From contig NC_045705.1 of the NCBI RefSeq assembly GCF_009834535.1, positions 30,506,001-30,570,000 of the forward strand: a stretch of 64,000 nt of DNA, written 5' to 3'. This document shows positions 26,891 through 40,787 of the stretch, piece after piece (within the stretch, counting starts at the first letter, position 1; the number at the start of each line of letters is the position of its first letter). A program made the translations under genes and the position numbers. This stretch comes from Camelus ferus (lineage: Eukaryota). Below the pieces are notes generated by a model. The model did no database searches. It was given only the letters and a program-made list of their open reading frames with translations, and had not been told where the DNA came from.

Positions 26891-28466
26891 AGTACCTTGC
26901 CCACATTAGATGTTCAGTAAATGTTTGGCCAGTCCAAAATTATCATCTAGTGGCATTTATCTATGTATTTATTGCAGTTATGTGTACCTACTTTATGCCT
27001 GGGACTTCTCAATAGTTCTACATAAGGAGGTTAATAATAGGACAGTGAAACCCTTGTGGGCATTAGATATCTAAGCGAACACTGTACTATTGCAACTGAA
27101 AGCAGGAAACAAATGCCAAATATTGTGGCTGCTGAATAACTGTGCTGGGCATTTCTAAAAAGTCTTCTAGGGTTGGGACTGTGCTCATTCCATCATAATC
27201 ACAAGCAACATTTTGGTTGAAACATCCCCACCATGGGACCTGGACCCGTACTTCCAGCTAAAAGGAACAGCCTCAGTGAGTAGCTTCCTTTGAATTTCCA
27301 GTCCAGGTACTCCCTGCATTATTCCCTGGAGATAGCAGTGATGACATTATTACAGATCTCAAGTGGCTGTGGGTTTTAGTGCCTCGACTGGCCTCCAAGA
27401 CTGCAAAGCTTATCCCATCTTGCTCTTGGTTGCATTTAATAGGTTCTGGTTGAATGAAGGAATGAATAGCCTTTTCCCCCCTTTTCTCACAGCCCATTTT
27501 CCCGTAGGCCCCAAAATATAGGCTGTTCAAGAAATTTGACCACAGACACATCAGATCCTCCAAAGAGGAAGCAGGCGGAAGGGAGAGATAGGGACCTTGC
27601 TAGCAGGCTATCAGCTGGCTTTTAGGGGCTGGAGAAAAAAACCCACTGAGAAGGACAGGCTAAGTGAGAGTTCTTGGCTCTTTGTGTCTTGTAAAGTGAA
27701 ATAAGATTATATAGCCTGGGGCTAACTTAGCCTTGGGTTTAAACTCAGACCCTTAATTAGGCTGTCTGGATCTGTTTTAACATCACGTCAAGGAATCCAA
27801 AGTTGTGAGTTGGAACATTGACTGGAAATAAAACTGTTCCCTTTGCTGAGCTTTGCTTAGCCTCTGTCAGCTGGTTAATGGGAGAATGATCTGGAGAGAA
27901 AATAAATGGCAAGTGAGTGAATGTTTCAAAACAAAGGCTGCTTGAAACAGCCCCAAACACACATCCAATTAACTGGATCAGTTGAGTCGTTTTCAAATAT
28001 GAAGAAAAAAGAGACTGTTTCTTAGCCATAAAAAAGTGCTCAACCACATTTCTTTTATCATTATGTCCAGTATTAGAAATGATTAAAGATGCCCTTGAAT
28101 GTCAGTGCATTACACTTAGACCCTTATGCACCCTCAACTCTTGTAGATTCTTTTTCTAAGTTCCTATGCAGCACAGACTTTATTTTCTTCAGGGCTAGTT
28201 TTGATGAAAACTTCAATTCATGCCATGGCGACCTCTCTATGGGCTACAGAGATCTTTTCATCGTAGGTTCCACAGTTTGTTCATACAATATAAAAAGAAG
28301 GGCAGTGACTTTATTTTGCACATCATTGGTTTGCAAAATATGATCAGTTTGTTAGAATTTGACCCATTGTCTCCATACTTAATCAGTTTTAGGTTTTATA
28401 TCCAGAGAACCAGATGAGAAATTCTCAACTCTTGTTTCATCCCCAAGATTTTCTGGAAGGAATGTA

Positions 28467-28611
28467 TGTTTTTTGTTTCATTTTGTTTTTTTTAAGGAGG
28501 CAGGTAATTAGTTTTATTTACTTATTTATTTTTAACCGTAGTACTGGGGATTGAACCCAGGACCTCATGCATGCTAGGCATTCACTCTACCACTGACCTA
28601 TACCCTACCAC
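28467..28611 (-). mobile_element. tRNA-derived SINE (vic-1-like)
   Basis: gtactggggattgaacccaggacctcatgcatgc; perfect 14-bp TSD ctggaaggaatgta at 28453-28466 and 28612-28625. Confidence 0.88.
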
Positions 28612-30198
28612 CTGGAAGGAATGTAAATAGAGGTCTCAGGCCAGAAATGACCTGTATCATTCGGTGCAATCTTTTCATTTTACATCAGGAAACTTAAGAG
28701 CCAGCATAACCTGAAAACAGGGTGCTAGTTCTTAATGCTGTTACAGAATTCTCATTTGCCACTGGTCAAATTCTTGTCAAGACCTGGGTTATCAGGGCAG
28801 CCCCATTCTCCCCTCTCTTTTCCTGCTGAAGTAACAGGACAGTTACAGATTAGTAAAATGCATTTTCTAAATATTGTTCTCCCAGAAACACTTCCAGTTT
28901 TCCAAGAAAATGATATGTGTTCAATGCATTCATTTCTTCTTCCCATTTGGAAAGTTCTTCCTGGGTTCCCAGTTCTGGTGGTCACTGTTCATGGCCTGGT
29001 CTATAATTCTGAGTTTCTGGAAAGGGGTACTTCCTTCAGGTATATAAGCTTGTGCTTTACGCTGGATTTCATTGCTTCAAATGTTCTCCTTTACTCTCTG
29101 TTGTGACTTTTTTTTTTTTTCCAAAAAAGAATGGTGGAAGGAGTGATGGTTGTCCTTGAGCTATTCCATTTGTTTTTGTTCTAGCATATCTACCCCTCAC
29201 CAACATTGGAAGTTTATACTCAGATCTCTTGTCACTTACATACAAGAGAATTCAGTCCTTCTTGCTTCCTTTTTCCTCCTTTTTTAGTGGGGAGGGGTGT
29301 TGGTAGACACTAAGCTCTGTGATACTCTGTCTTTCTTGGTCATGCTTGGGCAGTGCCCAGCCCCTAGCAGATGAATGAATGAATGAAAGCATTATTCGAT
29401 AAGTGGTTTGTGGTTTAGAAAATCAACTACTGACTCTTGACATTAAATTCTACATCTGGCATTAAGATATGCATGATTGTCAATCTTCATTGGGAGGTAT
29501 TATGTCCAGATACCCGAGAAGGGACTCCCAATGCCTTGTTCTAGTCTTGAGATATAATGGATGAAGTATGAGTAGATAGCATTTTAAAAATAAAAGGAAT
29601 CTTCATGTTCATTTGATCCATTCTCAGAGTAATCATGAAACATGACTAAGATCTATCAGAGCTAGTGGCAGATCTGGGACTGGAATTAGCCCTCCTTGTT
29701 CTCATGCCAGTACTTTTCTTACTACATCAGACAGTCTTGCCAGTGACCATCACTGCAAGGCAAAGTCAAGGCCTGTGACACTGAAGTCCTCATAGCCCTA
29801 GAACAGAAATAGAAGAAACATAGTATACAGGCTGTGACCCTTCCTTCTGGTGCCCAAAGGAGACATCACTAATGATCATGATACTTTTTCCATTGAGTCT
29901 GGATAGGACCTCAGGCAGCCATGACTGACCAATCAGAGTTGGCAGGCAAGATGAAACCTATCTGCCACCCACTTCTAGAGGAGATAAGGATTTCAGAAGC
30001 CAATGAACTCTGGTCTTGACCTGTCTTCTCAAGATGAGTTGAACCTCCAGCCAGGAACCTCTCACCCTTTATTGCTCTTCACTGCCCTCACATCCCCAAA
30101 GGACTCAGAGGTTATGTCTGCAAGCAGGTTTTCCACAGCATGGGTCTGCCAGACAGAGCAGGTGCAGTTATTAGTCATGACTCCAAGCCAGGCAAGGT

Positions 30199-32362
30199 GA
30201 TTAAGAAAAGCTAAATTTATATTAAATTATCATAAAGTCCTAAAATACTGAACATAGTGGTTAAATAACTCCAGAAAGTCCAATCTCTCCAGTGAGTAAC
30301 GTTAAAACCATTACACATGAGCGTGGGAGAATCACTTCCATTAGTTTAGGACAGAGAGACTTTGCTTTTTACATAGTAAATCAGTGCTCAAATAGATATT
30401 TCTTCAAATATGTCCTTTCTACATTCTGAACAGCCCAAGTGCAATAAGATCCTTCCCCCTTCCCATTCAAGAAAATGCCACTTTGCTACCTTCTCCCCAT
30501 CCCCAACCACGAGTCTGAGGACCCAAAATGCTCCCTCTTTTACTGCCCCATCAAGTGTGAAATGTCCCCCTTCCTCCCAGGGGGAGGATCTTTCCTTTCC
30601 CACCTTGTGTACTGGAAAAGCCTTCTTGGCCTGGCCTGGCTATCCTGAGAGGGTCCAGACCTTGGGCTGGCTACTGAGAGCAGAGCTAAGAGCTTGGCAC
30701 CTGTCTCTAGAGGTCTTAGAACTAACCAGAAACAGTTTGCTCTGATCTTCCCTTTTCACTCAAATTGGCAGCTGATTTCTCAATGCCAGTAACCTCTGGA
30801 GATGTTTCAAATCAGGAAACATCTTCTGGGAGCCCTCCCCTCCATTCTCAACTCCTGTTGTCAGCTTCTAATCCTTGGGTGAAAAAGGTCTGGATCTGCC
30901 CTGGGCTGAAAGGGCTTCCTCGGTGGTTCTCTCTACCTTCCTACTCCTTGCCCCCCACTTTGCATCTTTATTTAGGCCTCTTCACCATAGGTGCCCACAA
31001 GGGTAGGTCAGAAAAAGCAAAATAGGCACCAATTTTTTTTTAAGAGCTAGGTAGAAGTTTTAGAACAGAAAAAAAAGTCTCAACTCTCCTGACACTAGTG
31101 TTACACACATGCCTGCTGTGAGGAAAGCATGAACCAAGCATGGCATCTCAGCAATGGAAAAGGAGTCACTTAGCTGGGAAGAGAGCTGGAATGGGAAGTT
31201 CACCACCCACAGCCGCAGGCTCTGTGTCCACTAACTTAGATCCCTGAGCACCTGAGAGAGAACGCAGGAGGTTCAGCCTCATGGATACTTCCCTTTAGGC
31301 CCTGGGTGCCCCAAGTCTCTAATCCAATTGCTCTTCCCAACCATTGATGAAAACTTCTGGCCCTTCTTTGAAAGGATGTTTCAGGATCTCTGTGCTCAGA
31401 ATCCAAGAGAATGAGGAGGGAGAGAGTGGCAGAACATTAAAGTTCAGGGGATGTGCTATGTTTGGTCTAAGCAGTAGTTCTCAGACATTGCAGAGACCCA
31501 CCCCTGAGGGCCCCACACTCATTCAAGCCACTGGCTCGCAACCTGGTTACTTAGAGGCAATGACTTAGGAAAGGTACCAGCCAGTGGTGGCAGCAGAAGG
31601 GAACTCGTATTAGCCAGCTGCTGTGTGATAGGGACCCCAGGTCATCTGAAAGTAGAAGAGGCTCCAGACATTCTAGCAGGAGTTAGAATAGCTTGAGCCA
31701 CACCCAGCTCTCACCAGCATCTGTAGCTGGAAAAACAACAACTCTTAGGATAAGGATAATATCCATTGCCAGCAATGGACAGGACACCCAGGCCCAAACA
31801 CCACTAAAAGCTTTTTCATGTTATTAATGCACTTGAGGCTGGAGGTTTCCCAGATGCCCATACCAGCTGGGCTGACTCCTCCTTCTTCTCTCAGCCTCTA
31901 TCCTCCGTCTCTCTCTTTACCCATGACCCCCAGCTGCAGCCCCTGGTCAGCACTCTCTCAGAGAAGTGGTCAGGCCAGCTCTGATGGGCGGAGGGAGTGC
32001 AGTCTTGGATCATCAGCTCTCGTGGGGCAGGCACTGAGGGTACCGGGGGAGGGGAGGTGGAACTCTGTACTGATGAGGAATCATTACTGAGCCTAGTTTC
32101 AGGAGGCTCAGGATGGAGTGCAAGAGGTGAGGTTCATGGTAAAATCCAGGTCTAAATTCTCAGGATGCGCCACCATTTCCTGTGCACAGGTAGTTACAAA
32201 CTCAGGTGGAAACAGCTCCTGTGGAGGGCTCAGGAGCAGTTATGGGGTGGGAGGAGGAGTAGGATGAGCACCTAGGAAAGGGGCCTGTTGTATAAGCGAG
32301 CACGAGGACTGGAAGTCCACAAAGGAGAAGAAGCAGGCGGGGAGGGAAGGGAACATGGGCAT
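30199..32362 (-). other. LRP4: LRP4 3' UTR (3' end approximate)
   Basis: Non-repetitive sequence after the stop codon, ending in an AU-rich block with AATATA/TATAAA near 30216-30223. Confidence 0.6.
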
Positions 32363-32695
<333 letters not shown>

Positions 32696-33325
32696 CTATG
32701 GCGGAAAGTGGAGAGACACAGTCATTCGGTTGGCTCTCTATAAAGGATCTTATGACGAACTGAAACAGGAAGTGGATGGGGTAAGAGTGGGCATAAAGAA
32801 TGCAATGATCCCACAAACAAATGGGAAAATTCAGTCATAGCAAATATATGAGGTGTAGCCTAAAAGGAAAGGAGGAGCTGTGATGATTACTACCATTATT
32901 ACACAGGGAGGAGGGAGAAACATGGCATCAAATCTTGCCTGAGCCTCTGATTGGCTACGTCACCTGGGACAAATTACTGAATGTCTCTAAAACTCAGTCT
33001 CACCTCTATCACGTGGGGAGAATAACAGTATCCTTACTTAATAACCAATGACTGTGAGGCTTAAATGAGGCGATCCATGAAACGCAGTTAGTAGGTGCTT
33101 GACTCATAAGATGCACAAAATCATGTTAGCTATTACATGGCTAATGGGGTTTATTAATGGGACATCATGCTGATATACATGACCATAAGCAATTGACAAA
33201 ATCTATCAAATGTGCATTTATTCAGGATTTTAAGCTCCTTTTGTGCTATTTTATTCTTAATTCTAACTTTCTTAAGAAGAAAAGTTTTAGAAGATAGACA
33301 GGAGGGCTCAAGAAGACCCTCTTAC

Positions 33326-33355
33326 TTGGGTTTCAAGTGTCAATCCAGCGGGGTC
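33326..33355 (-). CDS. LRP4: Candidate alternative 30-nt LRP4 microexon between exons 37 and 38 (DPAGLTLETQ)
   Basis: ctacag|GACCCCGCTGGATTGACACTTGAAACCCAA|gtaaga; phase 0-0, no stop. Confidence 0.55.
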
Positions 33356-34991
33356 CTGTAGCCTATAAGCTTCTGTGGGAGGTTATTCTGGCTCTGCTCC
33401 CTCAAGCCTTGGGGCCACTGCCAAGCAACCTGGGATTGTTCCAAGGACAGCCTTAAGTTCTACTCAGGCTTCTCCCTTTATGGATTCCTCAAAGGGTAGC
33501 CTTCCTCCTGGTTTCTGGGGGTTACCAACCAACATGCCACCATTGCCAGAAGAAAATGGGCTATGGCTTGGGTTCTGTCCCTGGGATAGTGCTCCTGCCA
33601 AGAGCCCTGTAACTGCTGCTCTATTTTAGTAACAATTCAATTCCACAGATACTTATTGAGCCCCTACTGTAAGCAGGATACTTTGATGATCACACAATAT
33701 AAAATATGGTCCCTTGCCCTCTGCGAGTAACAGCTCCCTTGATCAAGTGAAGAGAGACACAGCACACAAGCACACATGCACACACACACATGCCCAGTCA
33801 CCAAGCACACACTCCAAGCTGAATTAGTCTCAGATAAAATGCGGGCCACTCAGTGTCTTCATCACAGAGACATGCTGGGTAAGTTAGGAAGGGGTAGGTG
33901 ACATGGAACTGGCAATTTTGGGGATACCACTCTCTCTACAAACACACAGCAACAGGTACCTGCAATCAAGAGGAAATCAGAAGAGAAAGGGTGAAAGACT
34001 ATCAGAGGGGTGAAAGAGCTGCTGAGGAAAAAGCATATAACAGGAGAAAAGAGTCACATGATTTTAATTTCTAACCTAGGGCCCCTATTGGGATCCTTTT
34101 CTGGGGCATCAGACACTTTAGGAACCCCAGAAGCTTCCATAGTCTTTTTCTCAAAGATATGAATAGAGAAGGGGTCCACCATCCCTAAATCTGCAAGCTA
34201 TCCCTGCAGGTTTTGTTTTGGCTTGTAGCAGGGGCTTTTTAAGTCAGGGAATTAATGGATCCAGAAAGCACATGATTATTATGTAAGGTGTATTCATTAT
34301 GCATGAGAGGCCTGTAGGTGTGAGGGCAGATTATGATGAGCTGGAAGGCCAAGAGAGTAAATGGATTAGGTCTCATAGGGATAATTTCTGATGAAGGATT
34401 ATAGGATTTTAGAAAAAACAAGGGTCTTATGAGGCTAGGTAAATCGGAAGTCCCAGGCTATATTCCCTAGTGGAAACAGGACTATTTTTCATGTCTAAAC
34501 ATTCAGCAAATAATTCTTCCCTGAAGCAACAAAGGAATTAAAAGAAAGAGAGCATATAAACCTTGAGAATTTTAGAGACATCCCTATAGACTCTATGATA
34601 AGAAGATCAATAGCAAAAAACCAGCTATTCCCAACCACAGGTGCCAACAACCTGGATCAGAGATTAGAAATGGGAGAGTTCAGGAGCCCTTGGGTGTCTT
34701 GGGTGTTATCTAGGAGTTTGGGGTTGTTTTAGAGGGGCACAGCCTCACTGCTGGGGAATGACAACTCCAGGAGGAAAGGAAACCTGAGCCTGGGAAAATA
34801 TCTCCTGGCAGGGAGGTGCACACTCACATGTTTTCAGATCTAAACCTTCTGGGGTCTGCTTTCTAACCATGCTCTAAGTAGGGTCCCTGAGGCTGGACGC
34901 TCAGAAATTGTAGACCTCTCCAGAAACTCAAATCACATTCAGTTCTGTTCCAAAATGGTAGACAGATTTCCTAGCATCCCTGACTGATCTA

Positions 34992-35204
<213 letters not shown>

Positions 35205-35274
35205 TTAGGAAGAAAGGAGATGATAAGTTAGTTCAGATCTTTGTGGGGACAATATCTAGGGAAGCTGTAACCCA

Positions 35275-35814
35275 AGTTTGGCAGGCAGCCTCTAAGAGGT
35301 CCCAGTGTTCCCTGCCTCCTGGTACTCACACCTTCTGAATCTTTGCCCCTTGAGTGTGGGCTGGAGTTAGTGACTCATTTCTAACGAGTAGGACATGCAA
35401 AAGTGATGGATACCAGATTAGGTTATAAGGAAACTTTTGGCTTCCATCTTATCTTGCCCTCCCTCCATCCCTTTCTCTTACTCTTGCACTAGGGGAAGCA
35501 AGCTGCCATGTTGAAAGTTGTCCTATGGAAAGGCTCACGAGGCAAGGAACTGTTGAGGGAGGCCTCTAGCCAGCAGCATGAGAGAAACTGAATTCTGTCC
35601 TTGGAAGGGAATCCTTCCCCAGTCAAGCTTCATGATAAGACTGCAACCCTGGCTAATACCTGGATTGCTGCCTTGTGAGACACTGTGAGGCAGAGGTACC
35701 AGTTAAGCTGTATCCAGATTTCTAACCCACAGAAACTGTGAGATAATAAGTGGTTATCATTTTAAGTTGCTAAGTTTTGGGGTAATTTGATATACAGTAA
35801 CAGATAATGAATAC
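35275..35814 (+). mobile_element. MaLR solo LTR (MLT1F-like) in LRP4 intron 36
   Basis: ggcaggcagcctctaaga...cccacagaaactgtgagataataa...aataca. Confidence 0.8.
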
Positions 35815-36561
35815 ACCGTTTCACTTTAGAGTCAAGACAGACCTGTTTCAAACCCACTTCTGTTACTTACTAGCTGGGATGTTGGTGGACATAATCTAAA
35901 CTTTCTGAGCGGAGAGATCCTCGTCTGTAAGGTGAGGAATAATAATACCAATCTCACAAGGTTGTTGTGGCATGGATACATATTCATTAAATGGCAGTGG
36001 TTACTATTGCTGCTGTTGTTGTTGTTAGCAGGAGCTGCAAGAGCTGCAGCAGCAAAATCCAAACATTTTTGCTGTGAGCTGCATTTAAAGCATGTAGGGG
36101 AAATATATAGAAAGAAAGTCATAAAAAGAAGATTCTAAGTAGAAAACTACAGATTCCCAGGATGATACCTACTGAACAATGATTTATCACCCAATATTGT
36201 AGTAAAGGGTTGTGTTTGTGTGATGAGAAAATCATTTCCAGCTTCAGTGGTTTGAGGTGGTGTGGGTTGGTGGAAAATGCAAAGATGCTAGAGTCAGTGC
36301 CAGCTTTGCCTCCTACCTTGGGTAACACCCTCTGTGTCCTCAGAATCCTAGTCTACAAAGAAAATCCCAAGAGTTGCTGTGGTTGTGAAATGAGGAGACT
36401 GCCTGGGCTGTGTTTGGGGAAGAAGAGGACACATTTAGGTTCCTGCCCTTCCCTTCTGCTGCTTTGACCAGGGGACCCAACTTTGAAACACGGCTGGTCA
36501 GAGGTTGCATCAGTGAGCTGTCAGCTTCAGGAGATCCCAGATGTAACGGGAGCTGAAGTTA

Positions 36562-36768
<207 letters not shown>

Positions 36769-37230
36769 CTAGGGGCCTCCTTCTCAGAGGAGAGGCCACA
36801 GGAGGTGGGGGTACGGGGCTGAGAAGAAATCTATCACTCTGTTAGCATCTCTACTCCCAGTTCCACTACTTACTAGCTGAGTGACTTAAGGCAAGATGCC
36901 TAACTTCTAAGCCTATGTTTTCTCATCAGTTAAATGTAAATAATAAATTGCTCATAGGATTGGTGGAGGTTAAAGACGTGTGTATATATACAAATACATG
37001 CACATATATGCATGCGTGTGTGTGTGCACATAAATACTGCTTAACAATTGCCCAGCACATGGAAAGCCCTCCATAAGTGGCAGCAGTTATGGTTATTCTT
37101 CCTATGGGTTTAGTCTAAGAAAAAGGTTCATTGACCCCAAAGGGTCCCCATGAAGGTTCTGGAAGATATCAATGGAGTCTTAGATTCATTACATCTTGTT
37201 TTTCAAAATAGTTGGACACTGAGGGCTTAC

Positions 37231-37298
37231 CTGGAGCAGCAGGTACGGCCTCATTGGAATGTGCACAGAGGCCCAGCCGGGCATCCTTTTCAGAGCAC
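37231..37298 (-). CDS. LRP4: LRP4 exon 35, juxtamembrane stalk
   Basis: [22 protein letters not shown]; 68 nt. Confidence 0.93.
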
Positions 37299-37516
37299 CT
37301 GTGGAGCAGAGAAAACTGAATGTGAAGGCTACTTGTATTCAATAAAGATCTTGCCTTTCTCCAGGAAAGGGGGGCTTTCAGATATAACACTATACCAGAT
37401 GGGAGATGTCAGAAGCAAGGAGAGGGCAAGACCAGGAATTACAGAGAAATCAATGTGAGTCACTGTCTTCAAGATACTATCCTATGTTTAAATGTGCTTT
37501 AAAATATGTACTCTTT

Positions 37517-37681
37517 TTTAAAAAAATATTTTATTTACTTATTATTGTATTATTTAATCATTTTATTTTTGGCAGAGGTGGTGGTAGTAATTAGGTTTAT
37601 TTATTTTTAGAAGAGGTACTGGGGATTGAACCCAGGACCTTGTGCATGCTATCTCTACCTCTGAGCTATACCCTCCCCGAC
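37517..37681 (-). mobile_element. tRNA-derived SINE (vic-1-like)
   Basis: gaggtactggggattgaacccaggacc; TSD taaaatat(g/a)tactcttt on both sides. Confidence 0.85.
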
Positions 37682-38479
37682 TAAAATATATACTCTTTAA
37701 AGAGGAGTCTTTAAAAAGGAGAAGCTGGTTCGGAAGCAAGCTAAAAGTCTGCTGAAAGAATACTAAGGACATCAAAAGTAGACTTAAAACTACCAGGATG
37801 AGTTGGAAGAAGCTACCAAACAACCAAACCTCTGATTGGATAAAAATTATCTCTAGATCTAGACAGACTTTAAAAAAATTGTTTTTATTCCATTCATTCT
37901 TTCACAAGGGAATATGCAAGACATCCAGAGGGAGGGCTCCGATGACTAACTTGAAATGCCAAGAAGGTAACTCCTTTGTGGCACATTATGAGCCTGCAAT
38001 TAAAGGCATCTCCTAAAAGGCTAGAGAAAAGCTACTGGCAAAAGCATCTGAAACCAAGATGCACTGATGCACTGAGTCTTCAAGTAGAACTCTGACAGGA
38101 AGAAAATATCTGAATAGGGCTCAAAGTTTTCTAAATAAACCTAAAGAAAATCAGATTAATAATGATTGTTAGTACTTAAAAGTTAGTGAGAAAGGTACAT
38201 GTTTACATCTGTTTGCTTTTCCATAAAAACGCTTCTAATGAGAAAATGGGGCATAATGAGATCATGTGCAAATCTTTTAACTTAGGGACATGAGTCTAGA
38301 GTTCTTATCTGCAATTATTACTATGTTTCTGCTTTCATAATTGAAATCAAGTGTTCATAATCTTTTAAGGTACAGTTGATATTAAAAATAAAGAGAACAA
38401 TATATTACAATGAAAAATGTTCTAATGGAAAAATGCTTGGAAAGATAGACGTCAAAATAGTAAAGAGGAGGAAATGAAA

Positions 38480-38915
38480 TCTCTATCACAAAAAGACATC
38501 TGCACCCCCACATTCAATGTAGCATGATTTACAATAGCTGAAACATGGAAACAACCTAAGTGTCCATCAATGGATGAATGGATAAAGAAAATGTGGTGTA
38601 TGTATACAATGGAATATTATTCAGCCATAAAAAGAAGGAAATACTGCCATTTGCAACAACATGGATGGACTTTGAGGGCATATGCCAAGTGAATAAGTTA
38701 AGTAAGATAAGTAAGTCCTGGGGATGTAATGTACATCATATTGACTACAGTTAACAATACTGTATTGTATATTTGAAAGTTGCTAAGAGAGTAGATCTTA
38801 CAAGTTCTCACTACAAGGAAAAAAAATGTGCATGTATGTGTGAAGATAGATATTAACTAACTAGACTTATTATGGTAATAATTTCACAATATATACATAC
38901 ATCAAAAATTTTTTT
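38480..38915 (+). mobile_element. L1MA-like 3' end
   Basis: ggaaacaacctaagtgtccatcaatggatgaatggataaagaaaatgtgg. Confidence 0.85.
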
Positions 38916-39049
38916 AAATTAAAGGGAATTATATATGGGTATATAAGTACATTTATATCTTCTTTATTTCTGTCTGGTATTTCCAGATTATTTTTTGCAA
39001 AGTATAAATAAAAACATATTGATAAGCATTTCTCTTAATTGAATATAAC

Positions 39050-39222
39050 ATCTATTTCATCAATTTTAAGATGTGCATTTTTTCTACATTCTAACATCTC
39101 TGAAATAGGAGTATGTTACACTTAATGGCATCTCACAATTGCTGTAGATCATTTTTCCAGTTTAATGTCTCAAATCAGGATGCATCTTAAATTGAAAGCA
39201 CCTTCAGTTTAATCAAATACCA
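39050..39222. mobile_element. Short DNA-transposon relic (MER104-like)
   Basis: tatttcatcaattttaagatg...aatcaaatac inverted termini; taacatctctgaaat internal motif. Confidence 0.45.
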
Positions 39223-39729
39223 TATTTTATACTTAATTTGACATGTATTCATGGTTATGCTTACTTATTTAATAACAGTGTGTGTGTTTGCATATTACAG
39301 GTCATTATAAGCTAAGGCCACCACATCCCTGAGGATGTCCCAAGTCATAAAGCCACAGCTCAGAGACTACTATGACTTGGTGGCTTCTAAATAAATTGTA
39401 GGACAAGACCATGTGCTAAACCTGTTATGTGAGAGTAAATGTCACAGAAAGAAAGGAAGGAGGAGGAATGCCATGTAGAAATTCCTCCTGAGTGATTTCT
39501 CTCTAAAGCTGCTCCAAGAGCGACTTACCTTCAGAGCTAAAAAGGGAATCATTTGCAACAATCTACAAGTCTAAATATCACCTCCAGTCTCAAATAGCAG
39601 AGACGGGTGGCTAATGATGTGATCTACCTCCCATCTGCCAGGATTCTCATGTTAGGACTACAGTCTTCTGCTGGCAGGGGATGGTGATTTGAATCAAAGA
39701 GCCCTCAGTCACATACTGAACCCACTTAC

Positions 39730-39865
39730 CTCCCTTCCACCTCCTCCAGAGACGTGCGGGTCCGGGTGGTAGAAGAACGCAAGGTGGTAGGTAGCGTGTT
39801 GGGTAGTACAGGGCTCCTTTCACTCATGCTGGTAACCCTGGGAGCTGGGGGCACCAGGCCAGGCA
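39730..39865 (-). CDS. LRP4: LRP4 exon 34, Ser/Thr/Pro-rich stalk
   Basis: [45 protein letters not shown]; 136 nt. Confidence 0.94.
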
Positions 39866-40318
39866 CTGGAGAGAAAACGAGGGCTGGACTGGACCACTGG
39901 GGCCCTAAATATCTACATATGATCCAAGAGTAGCATCTGGAGAACTTGACAAAGCAATCTTTTAACTGTCCTGATCCTAGCCACCCTCATTAGAGGCCCT
40001 TCTTAATACTGTGCATAAAAAAAGATTTGTTTTCCCATATTAACAGCTCTGGATGGGCTAGCTGGCCCACAAAGGTCAGGAAGGGAGAGTGAGGCACAAG
40101 TCACAGCAGAGACCAGGGAATCAGGGGACCTGAATTCTGTTCTAAAAAATGCCAGAAGCCAGACAAACCCAGGTCTGTGCCATCCCAAAGCTCAGTCTCA
40201 CTTCTCCCGGTCACCCTGCTGTAAGACCCCCTGAGGGGGAATCTCACCAGGAAGGACAAAACTGAGGCTACTGGTCCCCTGCCCTTCCAAGGGCTCTGCT
40301 GTTCCAGGGGGCTGATCA

Positions 40319-40498
<180 letters not shown>

Positions 40499-40574
40499 TC
40501 ACTTCTCAAAAGGTCTAAAAGCGTATGATGTGAACCAAAAGCCTCTCTTGTGGCTCTAATTGTCTCAGTTATTA

Positions 40575-40787
<213 letters not shown>

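Noticed and set aside
34828..34839. 12-nt AG/GT-bounded microexon candidate in intron 37
   Set aside because: Poor pyrimidine tract and an in-frame TGA at the second codon; too weak to report.
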